DNA from: Callorhinchus milii
Taxonomy: Eukaryota
Direction of reading: 5' to 3'
Assembly: GCF_018977255.1 (NCBI RefSeq)
Contig: NW_024704746.1
Coordinates: 496,001 to 560,000 of the forward strand
Length of the DNA: 64,000 bases
Under the pieces are notes generated by a model that saw nothing but the letters and a program-made list of their open reading frames with translations, had not been told where the DNA came from and did no database searches. Below, in pieces: positions 53,130 through 64,000 of this stretch. The position numbers and the translations under genes were made by a program. Within the stretch, counting starts at the first letter, position 1; every line of letters starts with the position of its first letter.

Positions 53130-53352
53130 TAAACGCAAAAATACTGCAGATGCTAGAAATCTGAAACAAAAACAGGAGTCGCTTGGGAACGCTCAGCAGG
53201 TCAGCCAGCATCTATGGAGAAAGGAAAGTGAGTCAACGTTGTCCACGTTTCGAGTCCAAGAAAGGGTTGTGGACCTGAACCGTTGACTCACTTTCCTTTC
53301 TCCGTAGATGCTGCCTGACCTGCTGAGCGTTCCCAACGACTCCTGTTTTTGT
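53130..53352. mobile_element. Foldback Penelope-like remnant (about 70-bp arms)
   Basis: acaaaaacaggagtcg...gagtcaacg (53166-53238) pairs with cgttgactc...cgactcctgtttttgt (53281-53352); possible decayed TSD aatatattttacac / aatacattctatac; same family as 14849. Confidence 0.75.
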
Positions 53353-54269
53353 AATACATTCTATACATCAGAAAGTACATTTTGAGTTGTTCAACAAAAA
53401 ATGTTGTGGAGGTTACTTTAGAAAGGCTAAATAAATGTATCTTCCCATAATTACAGAACTGGTGAGTCCTATGGTCTGAATGCTAAGTTGTGGGCATGTG
53501 CTAATGATAAGTATTTAAGTTCTCAAGGCACTGACATTTCTCAAGGTCAGCAGAATGCGATTGACTCTGCTATCCAACTAGTTTCTCATTATATTGCTCA
53601 TGTTACACAAAAGCTCATTTGAATGCTGGAGGAATCCTGTTTGAAAACATTTAGCTGTTTTTGTAATATCCATCTGCTGAGATACAACTGAATAATTAAA
53701 ACGGTACAAAAATAATTATTTTATCCTGCACTTTTCAGCATACAAATAAACATTGTTTAATTTTTCACAGGAAAGAAAGGATTCCATAAAAACCGAAGCC
53801 CACTAACAGGTCTCAGCCTCTGGAATGATTGACAAGGCATGTGCATTAAGTGCTGGAAAATTGCACTCTGATATGGTTTGGGAGACATTAGACCAGTCTC
53901 TATGCAATCATTTCCTTTTAAATTGCTGGAAGTTCCCTTTTAAATTGCACTGGATTGTCAGAAAAGCTTCCTCCTGCTTCAGTGCACTTTAGAAACAAAT
54001 AGCTCATGAGCTGCTCAACCTTGTTTGATCCAGTTGCAGCTGTTAAATGTGTGCATGCCCAATCAAACTAAAAACCTCATTGAAATATCAGTATTCACAT
54101 GCATGAATTAACGATGAAGGTTCAGCCAAGGAAACAAACAAAAGTAAACAAAAACCGAGTGCACAAAGAACATTCTAACTGGATATTTCAGTAAAACATG
54201 CTTACTATAGGGCTGCTTCATAGCAATAGATACCATAGTTGAGTTAAGGATGATAACCTTATAACCTTC

Positions 54270-54825
54270 CAGGATTATAAGGATTGGCTTGAAAATTTGG
54301 GGCTGTTATTCATTGAAACAGAGAGGGTTAAGAGGAGATTTAATATCAGTCTTCAAAATCCTGAAAGGTTTCAAGAGGATAAATGGTGAAAGGTTATTCC
54401 TGCTGGTTGGTAAATAGGTAACTAGGAGGCATCAACTCAGGAACATCAGTATAAGAGTTAAAAGGAGGTTAGAAGAATTGTTTTCACACAATGCGCTGTT
54501 AAAATGTGGAATACTTTGCCTCAAGTAGCTGTTGAACCAAAACCGTAGTTACATTTGCAATAACAACAATCTTTGCATTTCATATTGTGCCTTTCATGTC
54601 GGGGGAATGTCCTAAAGCAATCCACAAGATTTTACTGTAAAGTGTAATCACTGTATTTTCTAGTTGAGTATATAAAAGGGAATTGGATAAGCATATGAAA
54701 ACAAACAATACAAGGTGTTGCAAGGGAGTAGGGTATTGGAAATAATGTAGTTACCTGCAGTAGGCAAGCTGGTACCAGCATTGGCTCTATCTAAATAGCA
54801 ACCTTCTGTGCTATCATTTCTATGG
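54270..54825 (+). mobile_element. Old CR1 3' fragment with a nested minus-strand SINE tail (about 54560-54660)
   Basis: agagagggttaagaggagatttaat...ttttcacacaatgcgctgttaaaatgtggaatactttgcc...cttctgtgctatcatttctatg. Confidence 0.8.
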
Positions 54826-54904
54826 TGATATTATTACAGTACCTATGGTATCATCTAGTAAACTGAGTTTCAGCAATGTAGTTAAAATAGAAATAGTAGT
54901 ACTT

Positions 54905-55245
54905 TATTAAAATAATAATAATCTGTGCATGTTATACAGCATCTAAATGTCTCAAAGCACTTTACAATAATTATTGTTTAGTATAGTGACAGTATTTGTA
55001 GGCAAACATGGTATCAATTTGTACATAACAGTGTCCCACAAATATTGATGAATGACCAATTTTATTTTTGACGACCGTTGGCTCGGCCACAGGGAGAAAC
55101 TCTCCTCTCTTTTGAATATCGTCATTGGTTATTTAACATCCTCCTAAACAGGCTGATGGGGCCTCAGTTTAATGTCTCATCTGAAGGACGGTTGTTCTGA
55201 CAATGCAGTACATACCAGCACTGCACTGGAGGTCGAACTGGACTG
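54905..55245 (-). mobile_element. Old Deu-domain SINE
   Basis: ggggcctcagtttaatgtctcatctgaaggacgg...gacaatgcagtac...cactgcactgga matches the recalled antisense Deu core; (TAA)n tail at 54910. Confidence 0.8.
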
Positions 55246-56596
55246 AAAAACAGCAGTTCAAAATCATAGTTATGAATTAGAGTGATTTATAATCTCTCAG
55301 AACTTCCTTACATTTCTGTACTATTTGGTAGATATATAGCAATATTTCTCCCTTTTCACCAGTATAAATATACAGGTAACACAGACATAAGAGATGCTGT
55401 GAAGATAATTGGCAATAACCCAACTTTTTCCCTATTGCCATCTGTTGATTTTTGGGCTGAATATTTCAATCAATTTGGCTTCAGGTTCCTTTTCTCGTTT
55501 GCAGTACCAAATAATCTGAATTTGCTTCTAAGCCCAAATTCAAATATTGGAAAGAAAGTCTTGACATTGGAATGTCCCAGGTAACACAGGAAAAACGTAG
55601 TCAGTTCAGATGCATAGACCTATTTGTTCCCCACTGAAGTACTAACTGCATGAATAGCAGTTATGAAAAAGAACAACTTGAATGCATAACCATTAGATCA
55701 CAGTTCAGACTAATTGGATGGTTGCTATAATGTGTGAAAAACAACTAACTTACAGTCATTCTTACACTTATTAAAATATATTCAAGAACATTTTAATACA
55801 GTTTTGGAAGTGGCATTGGTATTCCTCCAGAGAAGAATCAAAACACATGAATTATCTTGTCTGCCCGAAGAGACATTCACATTAAATCAACATCGAGTCA
55901 TCTGGACTGAGAGCAAGCTTTTTCAGAATAAATCCAAATTAGAGTTAATTAGGTTCACAAATTAATTTTAGCTAATTCCTAGGAGCTGTCAAGATAGAGA
56001 GCCAATAAATATATATATATATATGGTTTCCTTAATGCTTATTTTTGCTTGGCCAACAGGGATTTCATATTTTCATTGCTATTTTCTAGTTTCAAACTCG
56101 GAACAGCAAATATCACAAAACACAGCAAAGAGCAAAGTACAAACAGAAAGAATAAGCATTTATTTGAATTTCAATCTAGAGACAAATACATGTTGCAATG
56201 TATTATTTTCATCATGATACAGTGATACTAAAGGCCTTCAAGGATTATTTTCATCATCATTTTTATTCTTAATCTAAATTTCCTGTCTTGCTTGATTCCG
56301 CTTGTGTCAGAGCGCGGTGAATATTGTTTTCAGATTTGCAAAAGAGTCAGACAATATTCTCCTTCGTCTTGTGGCTCACAGCAGTCTTTCAAATCGAACA
56401 TCAATGATAGAATTCGTAGTAAGTTTAAAAAAACATAGGGTTAGTCACGAATATCAAGAAGCTGATCTTAGCAAGAAGTTCACAGTGGGGTACACAACAC
56501 TAGCCTTAGAATAAAAGCAGAAAGTCTGTGCAACTTCCAAAATGGACGTTCGGTCTAGGATGTTTACAGAGCTATTGTTATTCCTCAAAAGATTCA

Positions 56597-57199
56597 TGGA
56601 GTCTAGTAGCTTAGTGGTTAGAGCACTCGCTGCAGCAGCCAATTGTGCACAGCAATAAAGTATAAGGTACATTAAATTTTACATTAAATTCACATATAAC
56701 CTGATGATACAACAAATATATTGATCTTGTTGCAGATTAGAATATGTTACAATCGTGAGGAGGAGGAAAAGCCCTGGCTGTGTTTGGTAAACATTTAAAC
56801 AAAGCCCAGACAAATGAAACTCGATAGGCAAGATTAGTCTTCATCAAACATACTGAGGCTAGGGAAAGGACGCAGGGAACAGTGGAGTCCTGTAGCTCAG
56901 TGGTTACTGGGCAGGGCGAAATGTTAGGGAAGTTTTGTTGCTCCACATGCCTCTGTTTACCAAGCAATAATTAGGATCCTGGTTGTTAGTCGATTGGCGA
57001 ATCGCTTTTCCAGAGGTAATAATCCCTTAAAAAAAATAATAATACTTTGGTCACTCAATTCACGACTGTTTGTGGGACGCTGCTGTGTTTCGCCGAAAAA
57101 ATATACAGTCAATTCACTTTACATTGTATCCAGTGAAGCGCTTTAAGACGTCTCGAAGACGTGATAAGGTGCTATATCAAATGCAAGGATTATTATTAT
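56597..57199 (+). mobile_element. Composite: SINE head (56597-56630), inverted SINE piece, 221-bp duplicated spacer, SINE (56882-57199)
   Basis: Direct reading; the spacer matches 8177-8397 in reverse orientation. Confidence 0.88.
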
Positions 57200-57569
57200 A
57201 AACGGAAGAGAAAGAGACATTTAAAAAAAAGCTTAGCAGTGATAGGATACTGGGACAATATGTGTCTAAAAGTATCTATGAAAGATGGCAATGATACTAA
57301 TGTTTAGTGCTAATTTGCTGGCTCACATCATTCCCTTACAGGCACCCTATCAAATTGCTGTCCTCAGTACACTGAAGTTTCAGGCCCTCGGGTCTATTGT
57401 TATCTGAAAGAAATAAGGAGGTAATTTGAGCTATAAGCTGTTAGAATGTTATAGCTGTACAATCAAAACAATAAATAACCCCTGGCAACTTGATCCTTTC
57501 ACTGAGTTCTATTTGCTGGCAGACTAGCCAGCTTCCTCATGTCAATGGCCAAAGAATGGTCAAAGGATA

Positions 57570-58165
57570 ACACAACAACTTGTATTACATAGCACCGTTC
57601 ATGCCAGACGGTGTCTCGGAGTGCTTAACAGTGGGGGATCCCGATGTCAAGCCAGACGAAGGGAGATTGAGACCTAAGCACATTCGAAGAGGTCTTCAGT
57701 GCAACCTGAAAGTAGGGAGAGAGGGGGCAAGGTGAGGGGATTGAGGGAGAGAGTTCCACAGTTCGGGGTTTAGTGACTGAAAGTGGGGTGGAGGGTCCAG
57801 GGGACAAGGAGGAGGCCGGAGGCAGTCGAGCGGAGGCAGCGGGTAGTGGTATAAGGAGAGAGCAGGTTGGAGAGATAGGGAGATGCCAAGGTGTGAAGGG
57901 ATTTAAATGCAAGAGTGAGATTCTTGAAATCGATCCGCTGTGTGACAGGTAATTAATGGAGACATGGACTGGAGTAATGGAGGTACAGAGTTTAGCGCAG
58001 GTGAGAATGCGGGAGGCGGAGTTTTGAATTAGTAGAATTTTGTGTTTGAGTAGTCGAGATGGGAGGTGATGAAGGCGTGGACGAAGGTTTCGACAACTTT
58101 TGGAGTGAGATACGGACAGAGACCGGCAATGTGGCGGAAGTGGAAAGCGGTCCTGGCCATGATGT
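57570..58165 (-). mobile_element. L2 3' fragment, near-identical in its core to 9752-10300
   Basis: ORFs 57625..58197 and 9804..10091 share about 90 aa of nearly identical translation. Confidence 0.92.
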
Positions 58166-59387
58166 GATGTTTGAAAGCAACAGAAAAAAAAAGGCAACTA
58201 TAAACAACCTTTAAGATTGAGAGATGAATAGCAGGTTAGAACAGTCCTTGAGTAAGACAAGTAGACCAGGAAAAACAATTAAATATCCTTTCAAGGAGAC
58301 GGATAAATCTGAAAAGATAATTACAATAGTCTGAGGAAGGCAGGGAAAGGAGATAAACATTGACAATGATCTTTGAAAGGGACAGATATGACTGAGAAGA
58401 CAGGATAGTCTTTACGATAAGTAAAGGAGAAAATAGTTTCAAGAAGACTTGGAAAAATAGAATGATAAAGCAAAGGCTAACCATTTGTCTTTCTGAATGC
58501 ACAGAAATGGTTGCAGCAGGGATGAAGTTATCAGAAAATAATAGAAAGAATTAAATAACAATTGAATGAAAGGCCAAAAGAGGATTAAAGGCAGGCTAAA
58601 GCAATACTGAATTACTGAGCCAGTTGGATAGATGGGAATTTATGTTTGCTGAATTTGTATTTGCTCCTGAGAGGCCACAGAGTGAACAACATTTATTCAC
58701 TCTTCTGATCTGCGAGAGGAAGCCCTGAGCTACTATGTTGACTAGCCAGCATGAAGTCTTCAATCTCAACCACTAGCATAAGTGCTACATCCACACTAAT
58801 AGCTGATTATCGTATCGAACCAAAGCAAAAGCAAGCTGCATTTATGTATAATATATCTAACTCTAGTTTCAGGATGAGAAAAACGTGCTTTAGACAAGAG
58901 GTTCAAGATGATTGGGGGAGGTGATTTTTTGGGCATTGCAAGAACTGTAGGTTAACTGGCTTTTGATTAACATTAAAAAGGAAACGACATGCTGATTCAG
59001 TGCAGTTTGGTGCATATGCAAAGCTCTGCTTTCCTTGGCTCAGGGTGAGGCATGTAGAGATGGCACTGTTCCTCCCCTGGGCTGACATAAGTGTACAGAC
59101 ACCATGGTGAAGCAGTGCCTTGTAGTATAGCTGAACTACAAATATTGAAGGGACACCCTCAGATAAAAAATATGAAAGAAAATATATTGTTACTATCTGC
59201 TTTCCACTGCAACAAGAAAGTGCCCTTTGTCAAGTTTCGGCTATCTGTCCCTAGATGTCAACCTCCAGTTATTGCCTTACTTTGGCAAATAGTTACACTT
59301 CCTTTATATTTGAAGTTTGTAGGTTGTTTGGATTAGATGTTTATAACTATGGTTCACTGCACCAACACCAAGATTCTCCCACTCACT

Positions 59388-59561
59388 CTATGCTTGAGGT
59401 ACTTCTCTTGCAGCAAATGTTGTTGGGACATCAATCTCCCGAGCAGTAGCCTCAAGATCAAAGTCCTGTAGATATACCATCAATTGCCGTCTTCTCTCAG
59501 TTTCTGGATAACGAAAATGAAGATTTTGAGTCATATTCATTTCCTTTTGCGAGAGTGACAT
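59388..59561 (-). pseudogene. Possible decayed Borealin (CDCA8)-like N-terminal coding remnant
   Basis: RRRQLMVYLQDFDLE versus recalled human [15 protein letters not shown]; the upstream ATG reads MSPRKRK after removing 1 nt. The match is short and needs frameshifts. Confidence 0.28.
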
Positions 59562-60470
59562 GTGAGGGTGGGACCAATTTTGGAACTTGAGATTAGGAAC
59601 ACAAACAACACAACCTACAAACAACAACAATAAAATTACATTGATAGAGCCTTTCACGTCATGAACTATTATTATTAGGAACGGGGGACCACTTTTAGAT
59701 GAGAAAGGAAGAAACTCAGATATGTTTTTACCTTCGAAAGTTTTCCAAACAAATCACTAAATATTCATCATCTCAGTATTATAATAATAATTACCAGTAT
59801 TACCAGTTGATTAGGCCTGTAAGACCTCGCAAAAGATACTACATCAGTACATTCTAATTTTGGCAAGCAGAATGACTCTGCATTTTGTTTGGCAATCATC
59901 GTCATTCAAATTTTCTGCTATATTATCGTGCTCATTGGGTTAGGGTATAATAATAATAATCATATAATAATAATCCCTGCATTTGATATGTACCACTGTT
60001 TACAAAGCCACACATCAGTTATAAATTCTCAAATCTCATTATGAAACCGTCCTGTAAAACCTTTCAGCTTTATTTACTGTGCTTCAGAATGACTGTTCAT
60101 CCTTCTTTGCTCATTTTTCTCGGTTGCTTATTGCTTGTTGTGGTGTGTTTCCTTCTCTGCATGTCTCGCAGTTTGATGGCAGTTCATGATCTCCTGTCTC
60201 CTTATTAAAAATCAAGTGTAGTTTACTGAAATGACCCAAGGAAGTAAATTGTAAAGAAGTAAACCAATCCAATAAATTAATTAAATAAAAATTTAAAAAA
60301 TTAAATTAACTAAATTAAAAAAAACATATTTGCTCCATTAACAATTGTTTGGGGAGAAAAATGAATTCAGAAGAACACATCATTTGAAATATTTCATATT
60401 GAGAGTTTTGTAATGTGACTTAAGAACAATGATTTGTTATTCATCATCTCCTAGTAGGGCCACTCTAAAA

Positions 60471-60849
60471 GGATTTCTGTAGCTCAGTGGTTAGAGCACT
60501 CGCCTCACAAGCGAGAGACCTGGACTTGATTCCTGGCAGGGCGAAATGTTGGGCAAGTTTCCTTACTCCACACGCCTTTGTTTATCAGCATTAAATAGAG
60601 GAACCCTGTTGTTAGTCGATTGGCGATCGCTTTTCCAGGGTAATAATTCCTTCAAATTAAAAAAATAATAGTAAATTAGTCATTCAATCCACGACTGTTT
60701 GTGGGACTATGCTATACACAATTGGCTGCCGAGTTTCACCCCCAAAAATATACAGGCAATTCTCTTTACAGTATATTCTGTGAAGCGATTTGAGACGTCT
60801 CGAAGACTTGATAAGGCGCTGTATCAAATGCAAGGATTATTATTATTAT
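60471..60849 (+). mobile_element. tRNA-derived SINE, long subfamily, full length
   Basis: ctgtagctcagtggttagagcactcgcc head; gagacgtctcgaagacttg stem-loop; (TTA)n. Confidence 0.93.
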
Positions 60850-62549
60850 AGCCAACTTTTGCTATCGAACCTCAGAGTGTTTTGAAATTATTTGAATGAA
60901 AGACTGAAGGGATTAGCCAAGCTAGATATGGAAACTGAATGTTACTATAGTATTTTATATAGTTCCATAATATAATCAGACTTGTGGCTAAAATTCATTA
61001 TGGGGAGTAGTACGATCTAGAAGATGCACCTTTAACTCCATGCAAACATCTGATGCTAAACGGTTACAAATGCAAGATATTGATCTCATATTATTTATAC
61101 CGAGCGTTTGCCTGGAGCAAACCCTGATGTTTCAGTGGGTAAATGTATTGTGTTCATGTCCCAGCAGTTGCATGTCCTATATCTGGTTGATGCTGTGAGG
61201 GCTAGTGTCAGTTGGTGGTAGTCGGTATCAATGTCCGTGAATTTTGATTGATATTCCGTGATCTTGCGTTGTTACCTGCTGTTTGAGACTGAGTATAAGG
61301 CCAGGATTTTACTTTAGCATGCAGTCCTCTCTGGGTCATGGCCAATGTTCAAATGCCTTCCAAGAGGTTATTTTCCCTCTTTTTTCAACTCTCTATGTAG
61401 ATATGTGCTTAGCTTCTCAGCATCTTTCCAATATCCTGGAGTATTGACTAACTTTGATACCATATTGCCCGAAGCCTTGCTTTTTTAAAGGTTACAGTAG
61501 TTTATAGAGACTTAATCATTCTCCCACCTTTTCAACTACAGAGGCAGAAAACTGGAAACTGCAAATGGAAAAATATGAGAGAAAGTAGAGGTAAAAGGGT
61601 TACCGCAGGGTCAATATCCTGAAACCATTTGTGATTAAGACCAAAAAAGGAGTATTTTATTTGGAATTTGTTCTTTGATAGCAGGCTTGAATATCTGTTT
61701 ACGTGAACAAGAAGAGACTGCAAAGTAATCTGTTAGCTGCTGTGTAGTGTGAGGGCCGGCAGCTGTCACCTGGGGAAGGAGAATTTATCACCAAGCAGCA
61801 GATTGCAAATTTAGAATAATTAATAAAAAGTTTAACTTATTGAAAATTGCCTTGCTCCAAATGGATTTGTGATTTATCAACAGGGTAGCTGGAGATACTT
61901 ATCTTCACTTTGACAGTGCGGTCTCTTGACTCTCTCCTTCATTATCGAGCTGTGTGGGAGAGAGTCGTGAGAAGACACTGGGGTCTATTTTGCGCTCTTA
62001 TTGGAATCTGGAGTTAATAGAGGAAATGTGCAATCGTTAGACAGAAAACAACTTGTTGCTGAAGGCAGTGCGGTAAGTGGGCTTCTGATCATGTGAGGAG
62101 AAGCTTCACTGCATATATTCAGATGATTTTGATTAATAGTAATGCAGGCCTGATCAATGCTCATTAACAGGATACAAGATTAACAAGCTTCCATTGGGAA
62201 AAGTGATGCTGCGCTTGCAATGTGAGGAAAAGCAGCTGTCTTTGTTTCAGGATGGACCAATGTGTTGTTAGTTTCAGATTACACACGGAAACACTAGTAA
62301 TGAACAGCATTTGAAAAGTTGTATTTTAAGTATTCTTTGGGTTGTATAATTATTGCATTAATTGTATTTACAGATGTCAGATAAATGATTAATACAGAGA
62401 AATACAATGACATCGAATTGATGGCTCTATCAACGTTAGCTGCTAAATAAAAATACCCTGCACTTCCAATGAGACATTCATCTTGGATACACCGTCTCAA
62501 TATCAGGCTCTGGATCAATAGGCACTAAAACTGGATGGCCTCACACTTT

Positions 62550-62700
62550 ACAAAGAATGTACAGCATGGAAGCAGGCCACTCAGCCCAATCAGTCCGTGC
62601 TGATGTTTATACTCTACATGAGTGTCACATTCTTTACTCTTTCCCTAAAACGTTGTGCAACTATCTCTTTAATGATCAATTTTCATTTCTACAACAATTT
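62550..62700 (-). mobile_element. Old CR1 3' tail
   Basis: agaatgtacagcatggaagcaggccactcagcccaatcagtccgtgc. Confidence 0.6.
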
Positions 62701-63419
62701 TCCCATTTCCAAAACAATTTTACAGTTAAAAAATCCTACTTTGGTATGAGCAGTTTGGTACCATGATGTCCCCAATTTTACAAAGCCTAAAACAGATTCA
62801 ATTTTCAAAACAGAGGTAAATACCATCAACCGACATTCATATGAATTACACCAGACTTGTATATATTTATATGCAATATTTCTTTAAGAAGAATTAAACT
62901 AGTTGGAGACTGATGGTTTTTAGTTCTGTAACATTTAACAAACTGATTATAGATTGGAAGCAGGATTTCTAGTCAAACAGCTGTAGTTTTTTTGATCAGC
63001 ATGCGTGATGTCATCGTCATCAATCTATCAATTTGCCCATGTGAACGTCATCCTACATCAAGGACATCTGCCCTAACAGCTGCTGCCAGCACAAAAACTG
63101 GCTCGAAATGCAAGGAGCCTCTGACGTAAAATGAAAACAGTGCATATTATACTTAATAACAGAGAGCAGAGTCATTTCAAGGCTGTAATCATTGACGGTT
63201 ATAAATATTTCTATCATCTCTGATGGGACATATATGGTATTTTCTGAGCTTGTTATATACATTCTTGCCTTGTAATCTCTGCCTGCTATTTCTATAGAAA
63301 ACCAATCATGGCTTAGTAGATGAAATTCAGACTAGAATCCTTGCACCAATGTGAACACTTTGACTACCCGACTAAGCCTGTTGAGGGCTGTTATGCAGAT
63401 TTACACTAAATATCAATCT

Positions 63420-63555
63420 CCCAGATGAAATTTGTCACTCACGTCATGGCTCTTTATGGGATATTGCTGTGTGTAAATTGGCTGCCACGTGGGCCAACAA
63501 AATATGCAGTTATTTCACTTTACAATGAATCCTGCAAAGTACTTTGAGATGTCCA
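63420..63555 (+). mobile_element. Old SINE 3' half
   Basis: tgggatattgctgtgtgtaaattggctgccacg...cactttacaat...tactttgagatgtc. Confidence 0.7.
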
Positions 63556-63569
63556 CTTTATATGAAGAA

Positions 63570-64000
63570 TCAACATTTCCTGTTTCAACCATCTCCCTCG
63601 GGAGCCTGTTCCACAGGTTCACTATTCGCTCACTGAAATAGTGTTTGTGTAGATTCGTTCTGAGTTTACCCCCTGTTCAACGCAGGCCGTGGCCTCTGGT
63701 TTTACTATCCTGGACAAGTTGAAACAGCCTGTCATGATCTATATTGTTTTGCCCCTTTAGAATTTTAATGAAGACAGTAATCATGTCACCTCTCAATCTT
63801 CTCTTTTCCAGCGTCAATGCGCCCAATTTACTGGTCGCTCCTCACAGTACATTCCCTCCATTCCCTCCATCATTCTGATCGCCCTCCTCTGCATATCCTC
63901 GATTTCTCCAATACCCTTTTTGTACTGCAGCGACCAGAACTGTACACAGTCTAAGTGTGGTCTCACCCATGATTTATACAGTGGCAGGATTACCCCACTA
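63570..64000 (-). mobile_element. CR1 ORF2 C-terminal fragment running off the window
   Basis: Minus strand ...aaagagaagattgagaggtgacatgatt (KRRLRGDMI) and ...gtgaacctgtggaacaggctcc (VNLWNRL). Confidence 0.85.

Larger units (their letters stand above)
21023..64000 (+). other. 5' part of a large intron (inferred AGBL4 intron 6)
   Basis: Begins GTGAGT; the next exon (the ...RVHPGE... zinc-ligand region) was not found in the window. Confidence 0.7.

Noticed and set aside
58200-58540. Possible very old L2 RT remnant (similar texture at 4870-5180)
   Set aside because: Purine-rich with only faint motif similarity; too degraded to support.
21023-64000. BEND5, nested in AGBL4 intron 6 in mammals
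   Set aside because: No BEND5-like peptide or CpG-island promoter was recognised. It may lie beyond the window, and short exons could have been missed by eye.

Overview
This is eukaryotic, AT-rich, almost entirely non-coding vertebrate DNA. The repeat complement suggests a cartilaginous fish, probably a holocephalan (inference). The only convincing coding sequence is a 40-nt internal exon at 20983-21022 (+), QHRRLDLLTITNP. It matches my recollection of the 40-nt exon 6 of AGBL4/CCP6, so the window is probably the end of intron 5, exon 6 and about 43 kb of intron 6. The rest is a patchwork of 5'-truncated L2 and CR1 LINE fragments, tRNA(Ala-like)-headed SINEs with an L2-type tail, older Deu-domain SINEs, and two foldback Penelope-like insertions with decayed hammerhead cores. 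Several repeat-free, motif-rich blocks look like conserved non-coding elements. Nearly all listed ORFs are TE-derived or spurious. The most unusual pattern is that apparently unique intronic segments recur as second copies directly beside retroelement junctions: 33 bp, about 100 bp, about 160 bp (inverted) and 221 bp (inverted). The 56.6-58.1 kb block is a mosaic of pieces also found at 8, 10 and 17 kb. There is also a weak, decayed Borealin-like coding remnant at about 59.4-59.6 kb. All homology calls are by eye and from memory; no searches were run and TE boundaries are approximate.
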